DNA of 64,000 bases, from assembly GCA_002737705.1 (NCBI GenBank), contig NSIM01000009.1, positions 559 to 64,558 of the forward strand. The letters are read 5' to 3'. Both the position numbers and the translations under genes were made by a program. Position 1 is the first letter of the stretch. Every line of letters starts with the position of its first letter. Below are positions 1 to 8,066 of this stretch, one piece after another. This DNA is from Flavobacteriales bacterium. GTDB lineage: Bacteria > Bacteroidota > Bacteroidia > NS11-12g > UBA955. A model generated the notes under the pieces. The model ran no database searches. It worked only from the letters and a program-made list of their open reading frames with translations, and was not told the DNA's origin.

Positions 1-534
1 ATTGCAAACGTTAATTGTGGCGGTGGTCCAAAAATCAGCCCAGGTCGCACCAGTAGTGATGGCTGCATTTCTACAACACTGATTATATGCAAATGTTAGA
101 TCGCAATAAGAAGTACCCAAGCCAATACCCGTAAATGGTGATTTTGATATATCAATACTGGCTTCAAAGGTGTGTTCTTCTACACCATCACCCGTATAAC
201 TGGTATTTTGAGGATTACAAGGACTATTGGAAGTAGAACATCTTGGAGAAATATCCCTAATATTCGTTCGGCTCATGGAGATGGTTTTTGAAGAAGTGCT
301 TTGACCTTGGTTATTCCCAGCATACCAATACAACAAACTCCAAGATGTTGGAGCAGCAGCACCCCTACAATCACGGTAAAATTTAATAATTATTTTGTAT
401 TTTCCACTGCCCAAACACTCGTATCTCATATCCGCACCCATAACGTGATCTGCCCTCAATGTATTCAAACCAAATACCAAAAGAAGAAGACTTAATAGAC
501 GAGAGAATGCCAAAATATTATATCTTTTAACCAC
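1..534 (-). CDS. Secreted cell-surface protein, N-terminal part only (large adhesin-like family of T9SS/gliding Bacteroidota); 3' end lies beyond the left window edge
   Basis: Absent from the ORF track because it has no stop inside the window. Manual minus-strand translation from GTG at 534..532 gives VVKRYNILAFSRLLSLLLLVFGLNTLRADHVMGADMRYECLGSGKYKIIIKFYRDCRGAAAPTSWSLLYWYAGNNQGQ... and stays open to base 1. This is a signal peptide followed by the H-x-x-G-x-x-x-x-Y-x-C-L-G ... Y-R-D-C N-terminal module I recognise from very large Bacteroidota surface proteins. Confidence 0.6.
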   Translation of the reverse strand, partial: MVKRYNILAFSRLLSLLLLVFGLNTLRADHVMGADMRYECLGSGKYKIIIKFYRDCRGAAAPTSWSLLYWYAGNNQGQSTSSKTISMSRTNIRDISPRCSTSNSPCNPQNTSYTGDGVEEHTFEASIDISKSPFTGIGLGTSYCDLTFAYNQCCRNAAITTGATWADFWTTATINVCN

Positions 535-1000
535 AATGAGAATATTTATTCAACTACTATAAGGCGAATTTAAAGATGCATTGTTTGCCAAGCAAATTTT
601 ATTGATAAGATTTATCGCAAATCAAGCATTGCATATTTGTAATGATCGCAAAAAACAAGCATTTCCATAAATTACAATACGGTGGGTTTTGGGATTCATC
701 GCTTCATAGACAGCCCAATAGTGTTTCATAAAGTATGTCTTAAAACAAATGGATTATGAAACTGCTCTATATAATAAAAGTAGATCATTGGCAACCCTAA
801 TCTATGCAATAATTTGTAACAATCCACCACTGGCATTTTGTTACAGGCGTTTGGATACCTATCATTCCGATTCAACTATCAATTGGGCTTCTTTTATGCG
901 TATTTCGAGCAAAATTTCTAGAACTAACTGATTCTGGTAAGATGCGATCGAATATAGCTCAAGTCCGAAAAATGAATTTCTTTTTGAAAACCCTATATTT

Positions 1001-1621
1001 TTATGAATCTGAATACTTCTCCAATGCCAACATATTTAAAATGCATTGCCAGGCTTTGCGTTTCAATCCCTCTGAGCCAATCATTGTATTAAATGAAGGC
1101 AATCGCAGCGATGATCCTGTTGAAGTTCTATCAATTTTATACATCTCTGGCAGTTCCTTAAGAATTTGGTCGCTCCAAATAATTGTAAAGGCTGCTGAAA
1201 AAGATGCCCCCTTGGAGAACCCATTGTCCTGTGAAAAAATGTCATTTGGTTGATGAAAATTGATAATTTTATCGGGATTTATGGTTTGATTTCCCACTTT
1301 TAGTGCCGCCATTAGGCGCTGAAATATCAAAGCAACATCTTCTAGAAATACCCTGTCTACTTCATCCATAAAAACATTTACCAAAATGACTTCTGAAGCC
1401 ATTGGAAAGGGCTTGTCAATATTAGCCCCTAGCAAGCTGTTTTCCTTGATTGTATCCATTATTGCCACGGGTAACGCTGCAGGTATCTCTGCGGGTAATT
1501 CTGCGGGTAATTTTACTTGGTCCAGAACCGGTATTGTATCATCAGGGATATAATAAATGCCTCTTGAAAACAATTGAACCCAGTGCAAAGGATTTTCAAA
1601 ATGTTGAGGATTTTCTGACAT
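1001..1621 (-). CDS. Hypothetical protein (possible degenerate uracil-DNA-glycosylase-superfamily fold)
   Basis: Track ORF 1001..1693 trimmed to ATG at 1621 (MSENPQHFENPLHW...), because the longer form overlaps the ilvE start. It contains a short PAELPAEIPAALP repeat. The pattern EVILVNVFMDEVD..LIFQRLMAALKV ... LPSFNTMIGSEGLKRKAW loosely parallels family-4 UDG motif order, but with the catalytic motifs replaced. The family call is inference only. Confidence 0.5.
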   Translation of the reverse strand: MSENPQHFENPLHWVQLFSRGIYYIPDDTIPVLDQVKLPAELPAEIPAALPVAIMDTIKENSLLGANIDKPFPMASEVILVNVFMDEVDRVFLEDVALIFQRLMAALKVGNQTINPDKIINFHQPNDIFSQDNGFSKGASFSAAFTIIWSDQILKELPEMYKIDRTSTGSSLRLPSFNTMIGSEGLKRKAWQCILNMLALEKYSDS

Positions 1622-1652
1622 AGAATGTAAAATTGAAGTAGTTTTGTTGTGA

Positions 1653-2714
1653 ATGAATTTCAAAATTACCATTGAAAAAAGGCAAACCAGCAAGATTGCT
1701 GAATTTTACCCTGAAAATATTGGTTTTGGCAAGATTTTTACTGATCACATGTTTTTGGCCAATTGGGATGGTCTTGAATGGAAAGATGCGCGAATCGTTC
1801 CATACGGACCCATTCCATTAAGTCCGGCGACGAGCGCTATTCATTATGGCCAGTCAATTTTTGAGGGAATGAAAGCTTTCTCTCACAGCCATGACAAAGG
1901 GATACATCTTTTCCGCCCACTTGAGAATTGGATGCGTTTTAACATTTCTGCCGAACGCATGGTTATGCCCTACGTCCCTAAAGAACTTTATATAGATGGA
2001 TTAAAAACCCTACTTAAATTAGAATCGGCTTGGGTTCCCAAAAATGAAAAAGGCTCTTTGTACATTCGGCCTTTTATGTTTGCCACCGATGATTTTATTG
2101 GCGTAACACCTTCCAAGACATTTATTTTCGTGATATTCTGTTGCCCAGTCGGCCCTTATTACAGCAAGCCTCTTAAAATAAAAGTTGAAGAGACCTATAG
2201 TCGATCTGCACCAGGTGGCGTAGGCTATGTAAAATGTGCGGGTAATTATGGTGGTGCGATGTTTCCAACATTACAAGCACAAAAAGAAGGCTATGATCAG
2301 GTTCTATGGACAGATCCCCTCACCCATACTTTGATTGAAGAAACCGGAACCTCCAATTTATTTGCAGTTATTAACGGGGAAGTAATAACCCCACCCCTCT
2401 CTGCCACACTGCTTTCTGGCATTACGCGCAATAGCGTAATCAAAGGATTGCGTCATTTGGGTTATGAAGTTAATGAGAGACCATTGTCTATCCTAGCATT
2501 AAAAAACGCCTTGAACGATGGTTCTTTAGCAGAATTGTTCATCACTGGAACAGCCGCAACTTTGGTTGGAATTCAAGGTTTTGGACACAGGGATGCCTAT
2601 TTCGATGTAATGGATCAGGGAAATAACGCTGTGTCAACCCATATTAAAACATGGCTAGACAATGTACGTCATGGAAATATCCCAGACGAATTAGATTGGA
2701 ACGTAAAAATTTAA
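1653..2714 (+). CDS. ilvE: Branched-chain-amino-acid aminotransferase (class IV PLP enzyme)
   Basis: 353-aa ORF with an ATG start. Typical BCAT blocks are FTDHMF, PYGPIPLSPATSAIHYGQSIFEGMKAF, YIRPFMFATD, KCAGNYGGAM and ELFITGTAA. Confidence 0.93.
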   Translation: MNFKITIEKRQTSKIAEFYPENIGFGKIFTDHMFLANWDGLEWKDARIVPYGPIPLSPATSAIHYGQSIFEGMKAFSHSHDKGIHLFRPLENWMRFNISAERMVMPYVPKELYIDGLKTLLKLESAWVPKNEKGSLYIRPFMFATDDFIGVTPSKTFIFVIFCCPVGPYYSKPLKIKVEETYSRSAPGGVGYVKCAGNYGGAMFPTLQAQKEGYDQVLWTDPLTHTLIEETGTSNLFAVINGEVITPPLSATLLSGITRNSVIKGLRHLGYEVNERPLSILALKNALNDGSLAELFITGTAATLVGIQGFGHRDAYFDVMDQGNNAVSTHIKTWLDNVRHGNIPDELDWNVKI

Positions 2715-4126
2715 AATTGATGCAATATGCTCAATCCAAATCCCGTGAGAACCTTGCCATTGGTCCGCTTGTTAGAACGATCGTAGAAAGATTGCAACAT
2801 CATGTTTGGTTCAAGAATTATTGTCCAATGCTGGGTCAACGCAATACGAGGGCCAAAAGAAACCTTAGCATCAAAATTAAATGATCGATTTTTGCCAATG
2901 GAGAAATATTCGGAATTATTGAAATATTCTCCTTCTATCTTTGTAGTAAATCCTGGATTTAATTGCAATCCTGCCCTCCAAGAAATTCTCCCCAACATGG
3001 TTTGATAATAAAATGCAAGGGGTATAGAAAATTTGTTTACGCGGTAATGAATTTTGCCTTCGCTTGAAATTACTTCATTCACAAACGTTGTGTCACGGAC
3101 TCTAATTGTTTGAACTGGTGGAATCAATACCACAATATCATGGGAATCTACATACATTCTCAGGGTGTTTACATTCTTGACCCACAGGCCATTTCCAATC
3201 CATTCTCCGTAGCCAATTCCTGCGCCAATCATAAATCCACGGCCACAATCTTTTAATACCAATGCTTGATAATTTGCATGGTATTGTGTTCCAAAAATAG
3301 CCATTGGGGTTTTTCCCTGCAAATCACTCATGGACATGCTTCCGGCATTAATACAAAATTCTGTATACCACCGAGATTCTAGAATAGTAGGATCCCACTG
3401 GGTTTCATATTCTCCCTCTGGAATTTCGACTTGGTCTTCTAAAGGATTGGCAATTCCAAACCCGTAAGGTGAAATACCCTTTGGGTCGATCAAAGGCTTG
3501 GAGTATTGGAGAAGATCAATGATTGTAACCAGAGGATTGGATGGGTTTGTGTTTTCTGCAAAAGTTGTTACATCCGCTACTCCCTTTACCTCAGAATAGA
3601 TAAAATCTTTTGATGAAGGTATTAATTTCAGTGTTTTCCCGTTCGACTGCAATGTATTTTGAAAGCGATGGGAATGATGATGAATGCCTGAAATAGTGTG
3701 TTTGGTTGTTTTCGTCCCCTTTATATTAGACTTGATTACCAGTGCATGATTGCGCTGGTTTAAATCTGATTTTGGGGATGAATGATTCTGCCGTTTACGC
3801 TGATCTACTGCCTGCTCGGAACCCTGAGCCATAATTTTTTGATCCTGGGAAAACCCTTTGCTCGGAATGGATGGGTTTTTCGCAAAAGATCTTTGATTTG
3901 CTGGGGATTTTCCCAAACCAGCAATACCCTTAGACTTGAAATGCAAATATCCACCACCACAAAAAGACAAGACAATTAAAAGGGTTAAAGGTATCCAAAA
4001 AATCACCCTGCGCTTCTTGCGTTTGCGTTTACCCATAACAATACCAAAGGATACATTCTCTGAAAAAGGGGATTCCAAGTCTTGAAACCTCAATTTAAAC
4101 TGCTCATTGAATGGATTGTTCTGCAT
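2711..4126 (-). CDS. Membrane-anchored protein with C-terminal outer-membrane beta-barrel-like domain; probable partner of the upstream ECF sigma factor
   Basis: 471-aa ORF starting 1 nt after the sigma gene stop. It has a short N-terminal cytoplasmic segment, a KRKRKKRR stop-transfer and a TM helix (VIFWIPLTLLIVLSFCGGGYL). A low-complexity S/K/N/Q/H linker follows. The C-terminal ~270 aa has alternating beta-strand character and ends ...GFGLSILHQF (terminal aromatic as in OMPs). Confidence 0.6.
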   Translation of the reverse strand: MQNNPFNEQFKLRFQDLESPFSENVSFGIVMGKRKRKKRRVIFWIPLTLLIVLSFCGGGYLHFKSKGIAGLGKSPANQRSFAKNPSIPSKGFSQDQKIMAQGSEQAVDQRKRQNHSSPKSDLNQRNHALVIKSNIKGTKTTKHTISGIHHHSHRFQNTLQSNGKTLKLIPSSKDFIYSEVKGVADVTTFAENTNPSNPLVTIIDLLQYSKPLIDPKGISPYGFGIANPLEDQVEIPEGEYETQWDPTILESRWYTEFCINAGSMSMSDLQGKTPMAIFGTQYHANYQALVLKDCGRGFMIGAGIGYGEWIGNGLWVKNVNTLRMYVDSHDIVVLIPPVQTIRVRDTTFVNEVISSEGKIHYRVNKFSIPLAFYYQTMLGRISWRAGLQLNPGFTTKIEGEYFNNSEYFSIGKNRSFNFDAKVSFGPRIALTQHWTIILEPNMMLQSFYDRSNKRTNGKVLTGFGLSILHQF

Positions 4127-4127
4127 A

Positions 4128-4667
4128 TTATGAGGGCATTACTCCCCCCTCTAATTTTTCTATCGACAGTTGCAACGCTTTTCTAGCCTTGGAAAATTGT
4201 GAACGACTCGTACCCTCATCAATCGCCAATATCTTGGCAATTTCTTTGTGGGGATACCCTTCAATCGCATACAAATTAAAAATCGTACGATACCCAACTG
4301 GCAAGGATTCTACCAATTTTAAAATCTGCTGTACTTGCAAATTTTCGAAAGTATTGTCGTTAAAACCAATGCGGTATTCATCGTCTGAAATACTATTCCA
4401 AATATGCTTGCGGGCCCTAATTTTATTTATACAAAGATTCACAGTAACCCTACGCATCCATGTCTCTAAGGAACTTAGAAACTTGAATTTATTGAGGTTG
4501 TCGTATATTTTTATATAGGCTTCCATGAGCGCGTCTTCTGCTTCTTCTTGATTATTGCAATACCGTATACAAAGCGACATAAGCTTTTTAGAATATCGAT
4601 CCCAGAGTTCTCGTTGACAAATTCGGTCCTCGCGAATACATCCATCTACCAATTCTTTTTCCGTCAT
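4128..4667 (-). CDS. RNA polymerase ECF-type sigma-70 family factor
   Basis: 179 aa. Region 2 is LWDRYSKKLMSLCIRYCNNQEEAEDALMEAYIKIYDNL. The region 4 HTH is LPVGYRTIFNLYAIEGYPHKEIAKILAIDEGTSRSQFSKARKAL. Confidence 0.9.
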   Translation of the reverse strand: MTEKELVDGCIREDRICQRELWDRYSKKLMSLCIRYCNNQEEAEDALMEAYIKIYDNLNKFKFLSSLETWMRRVTVNLCINKIRARKHIWNSISDDEYRIGFNDNTFENLQVQQILKLVESLPVGYRTIFNLYAIEGYPHKEIAKILAIDEGTSRSQFSKARKALQLSIEKLEGGVMPS

Positions 4668-4835
4668 TGGATACTTCTAAAATCATTGTTATTCGCCTAG
4701 TGCTTTATAAAGACATCCAAAACTGTCATTGTGAAGCACCCTGTCCAATATTTTTCTTAAAAGTCTGCAATATCGTGATTGGTTTATGTGTTTCCCAAAA
4801 TAGAATGGGAAATAAATGTTCGAGATTGGTGTTGA

Positions 4836-7800
4836 ATGTCTTTGATTTGCATCATGATTTGTAAAATTTATTGGCAGAAAATCATGTTAACACTGCTCTT
4901 TTTGGTGTTGCAATTGTGTGTTTCTGCCCAATCCCCGCAATCATTTAAACTAGCCAATACCCTTGTAGCAAAAATGCCTTTTAGAGAACAAGTGGCGCAA
5001 ATGCTCATGGTTCCGGCCTGGACTCGGGAAAACAAAACCATTGACTTGATCGATTCTACAGAAGGAGATTCATTCAATCTACTCTATCAGATTCGGAAAT
5101 TGGGCGTAGGAGGAATACTCTTTTTTCAAGGCCATCCCCTTACCCAAACCTATTTGTATAATTATTACCAACAAGAGAGCAAATTGCCTTTACTGATTGG
5201 GATGGATGCCGAATGGGGTGTTGCTATGCGTTTGTCGGAACTCGAAAAATACCCATTTCAGCTCACCTTGGGAGCGACCAACAATACGCAACTTGCTTTT
5301 GCAACGGGTCGGTCTATTGGTTTACAATGCAAACGATTGGGCATTCATATCAATTTCGCACCCTCTGTAGATGTAAATACCGAACCCAATAATCCCATCA
5401 TTGGCTTCCGAAGTTTTGGGTCAACTCCGGATGCCGTAGCTGCGATGGGGTCTTCGTTAATGCGAGGAATGCAATCGTCAGGAATATATTGCAGTGCAAA
5501 ACACTTCCCTGGGCATGGCGATACAAAAACAGACTCGCACAAGGAATTGCCGATTTTGACAAAACCCCTATCTTATATTGAAAAAACAGACCTCCCCCCA
5601 TTTAAACAACTTATCAATGACGGTGTGGCCTCTGTTATGGTGGCTCATTTGAAGGTTCCTGCATATGATACTGGCTTTCTGCCGAGCTCGATATCGCCAT
5701 TGGTAATAAAACGGTGGTTGCGAAAAGAACACCATTTTAAGGGATTAATTATTACAGACGCACTAAACATGAAAGGGGTTGCAAAAATTGCTTCTCCTGC
5801 CATGGTAGCTTTTCTGGCACTCAAAGCAGGTAACGATATCATACTTTTTCCAGAAGATGTTGCGGGTTTTATTGATTTGGCAGAGCAAGAATTGCACAAA
5901 GGATCTATCGACAGTGCCGAAATTTCACACAGGGTAAAAAAAATAATTGCTACCAAATACGAACTCGGATTGTTTAACAATCGATTCGTTTCTTCACACA
6001 ATTTGATGGCAGACTTGGCACAGATTAAAAACATATTCAACCAAAAATACATGGTTGATATTTCTGCCCAATCAATTGCAAGCGTGGTATCAAAACCATT
6101 GTTGGTGAAAGTAAACCCTGGCTTTGACCAAGCACCACCAGAAACGATTCGTTCTCAAAGCAATACGCAATCACAATGCCTATTTTCTCCTTATGGCGAT
6201 AGCATTTCCGTGATAGTGATTGGCGACAGCATTCCGTTTGCTTTCTCAAGAGATTTGGGTTTGTACAACAATTTCAAGATTCTTACACTGCTTCAATGGT
6301 CTGACGACAGCACCAAAATAAACAGCATTCTCAATAATAAAAATGCCTTTGACACCAATACAAACTCCAATTCTCGCATACTAATTGCCGGATTCGATTG
6401 GCCAACTTGGGGTGCCAAATCACGCAATATTCCAGCTGTTTGGGCAAATACAATTGACAAACTAGCCTTGCACAATAAAACATCGATTTACATTCACTTT
6501 GGACATAGTTATGCCATTCGGTCGCTGTTAAACCAAAATGGATCCACAACTATCCTATTGGCCCATGAGCAAAATGATTATAGCATTCGGGAATCCTTGC
6601 GGTCAGTGTTTGGTATGTCAAATACGCCTGGACGTATTCCAATTGCGCTTCCGCAAGCAGAAACAATTGAATACCCTCTCTCTTTAAAAAATGCCAATTC
6701 CGACGAAGACTTCTTCGCGCCCAATCTAAAATTTGTTTTGGATTCCATGCTCCGTTATGGCGTAGAGCGGGGTATTTTCCCATCTGCTCAACTTTTGGTC
6801 CTGAAGAATGGAAAAATTCTCACACACTCAGCAGTTGGAATGGTAAACGATTTACAGGGCCATTCGGTACCTGCATCTGTAGACAATGTTTACGATTTGG
6901 CTTCAATCACAAAAATAGCCTCCACAACGCTTGCAATCATGAAATTATACGATGAAAAAAAATATTTGGACCTGTTTTCTCCGATTAAAACCTATTGGCC
7001 AGAAGCCAAAAAAACCCCATGGGGATCCTTGTGTTTGTTTGATTTGCTGACCCATACAAGTGGATTGCCCGCATTCTTGCCCATACAACAGATGGCCAAA
7101 AAACAGGGTGCCAAATGTATCCCATGCCAATTGTCATATGCCCCCTTAAATCATAGATTCGAATCGAACCCAAATCAGATTTTAGAAAATCCAAATCCAT
7201 CCAATCTTAATTCTGAAACAAAGGGCAGTATTCTTCCGAATGAAAACGAATCGGCCGATACGCAATATGAGATTGGCAATGGGGTTTGTCTGGAAAATCG
7301 TTGGAAAGATTCTGCATGGCATTGGATTAAACAGGCTATTCCAAAAAAAGACAACCATTATTTGTACAGCGATTTAAATATGATTGTTGTCGGAAAATGG
7401 ATAGAATTTATGACCCAAAAAAACCTGAACGACTTTGTTCAGACAGCGTTTTACACTCCAATGCACTTGCCAACAATGGGCTATCTCCCCAAAACAAAAC
7501 ACATCCCGTTAAGGGGTATTGCCCCTAGCCTAATGGATTCATCTTGGTGTCGGGGTGAAGTGCGGGGTATTGTTCATGATCCAAGTGCAATGTTATTGGG
7601 TGGTGTTGCTGGCAATGCTGGATTATTCTCCAATTCAATGGATTTGGGCAAACTATTATTGATGTTAGAAAATCATGGTTCTTTTCAGGGCGTCCAATAC
7701 CTAAAACCGAGTACTGTAGAGCTATTTACTAAAATTGCTACAAAAACAAAAAAGAAAGAACCCACAAATTACCGTGGTCTGGGATTCGACAAACCCAATG

Positions 7801-8027
7801 GGAAAGAAGGCAATAATGCCAATATTTTTGAGAATGCACCCCTGGGCTTATTTGGTCACTCTGGCTATACTGGAACCTGGGCGTGGGCAGATCCCACAAA
7901 TGGAATCAGCTTTGTCTTTTTGTCAAATAGAACCTATCCCACTGAATACAATAAAAAGATTTCACAAGAAGGATTCAGGGGAAGCTTACTTCAAGCCGTC
8001 TATGAACGTTTGGGAGAAGTGAAATAA
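4836..8027 (+). CDS. Fusion protein: glycoside hydrolase family 3 (NagZ-like beta-N-acetylhexosaminidase) N-terminal domain plus serine beta-lactamase/PBP-like hydrolase C-terminal domain
   Basis: 1063-aa ORF. The GH3 block is LLIGMDAEWG ... SAKHFPGHGDTKTDSHKELP ... LIITDALNM. The C-terminal half has the SxxK active-site motif in YDLASITKIAST plus HTSGL and a GHSGYTGT (KTG-like) region. The signal peptide is MLTLLFLVLQLCVSAQS, so alternative starts at 4854 or 4884 are possible. Confidence 0.85.
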   Translation: MSLICIMICKIYWQKIMLTLLFLVLQLCVSAQSPQSFKLANTLVAKMPFREQVAQMLMVPAWTRENKTIDLIDSTEGDSFNLLYQIRKLGVGGILFFQGHPLTQTYLYNYYQQESKLPLLIGMDAEWGVAMRLSELEKYPFQLTLGATNNTQLAFATGRSIGLQCKRLGIHINFAPSVDVNTEPNNPIIGFRSFGSTPDAVAAMGSSLMRGMQSSGIYCSAKHFPGHGDTKTDSHKELPILTKPLSYIEKTDLPPFKQLINDGVASVMVAHLKVPAYDTGFLPSSISPLVIKRWLRKEHHFKGLIITDALNMKGVAKIASPAMVAFLALKAGNDIILFPEDVAGFIDLAEQELHKGSIDSAEISHRVKKIIATKYELGLFNNRFVSSHNLMADLAQIKNIFNQKYMVDISAQSIASVVSKPLLVKVNPGFDQAPPETIRSQSNTQSQCLFSPYGDSISVIVIGDSIPFAFSRDLGLYNNFKILTLLQWSDDSTKINSILNNKNAFDTNTNSNSRILIAGFDWPTWGAKSRNIPAVWANTIDKLALHNKTSIYIHFGHSYAIRSLLNQNGSTTILLAHEQNDYSIRESLRSVFGMSNTPGRIPIALPQAETIEYPLSLKNANSDEDFFAPNLKFVLDSMLRYGVERGIFPSAQLLVLKNGKILTHSAVGMVNDLQGHSVPASVDNVYDLASITKIASTTLAIMKLYDEKKYLDLFSPIKTYWPEAKKTPWGSLCLFDLLTHTSGLPAFLPIQQMAKKQGAKCIPCQLSYAPLNHRFESNPNQILENPNPSNLNSETKGSILPNENESADTQYEIGNGVCLENRWKDSAWHWIKQAIPKKDNHYLYSDLNMIVVGKWIEFMTQKNLNDFVQTAFYTPMHLPTMGYLPKTKHIPLRGIAPSLMDSSWCRGEVRGIVHDPSAMLLGGVAGNAGLFSNSMDLGKLLLMLENHGSFQGVQYLKPSTVELFTKIATKTKKKEPTNYRGLGFDKPNGKEGNNANIFENAPLGLFGHSGYTGTWAWADPTNGISFVFLSNRTYPTEYNKKISQEGFRGSLLQAVYERLGEVK

Positions 8028-8066
8028 GGTGGTTCGAATGCAAATGGATACGATAGCGTTACAGAT

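Noticed and set aside
749-1253. Plus-strand ORFs 749..931 (60 aa) and 942..1253 (103 aa).
   Set aside because: They have no motifs. The second is antisense to the better-supported 1001..1621 gene. The first lies in the gap discussed as a finding but has no start context or conservation argument.
1622-1693. N-terminal extension of track ORF 1001..1693 (MLVCLFSMVILKFIHNKTTSILHS).
   Set aside because: It would overlap the ilvE start by 41 nt on the opposite strand. The internal ATG at 1621 gives a sensible divergent arrangement.
8028-8050. GGTTCGAAT (tRNA T-loop-like) immediately after the GH3-fusion stop codon.
   Set aside because: The flanks cannot form a T-stem (GGTTCGAATGC, no complementary 5-bp arms). 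The ~55 nt upstream that a tRNA would need are the coding 3' end of the GH3 fusion. No acceptor or anticodon arms can be drawn.
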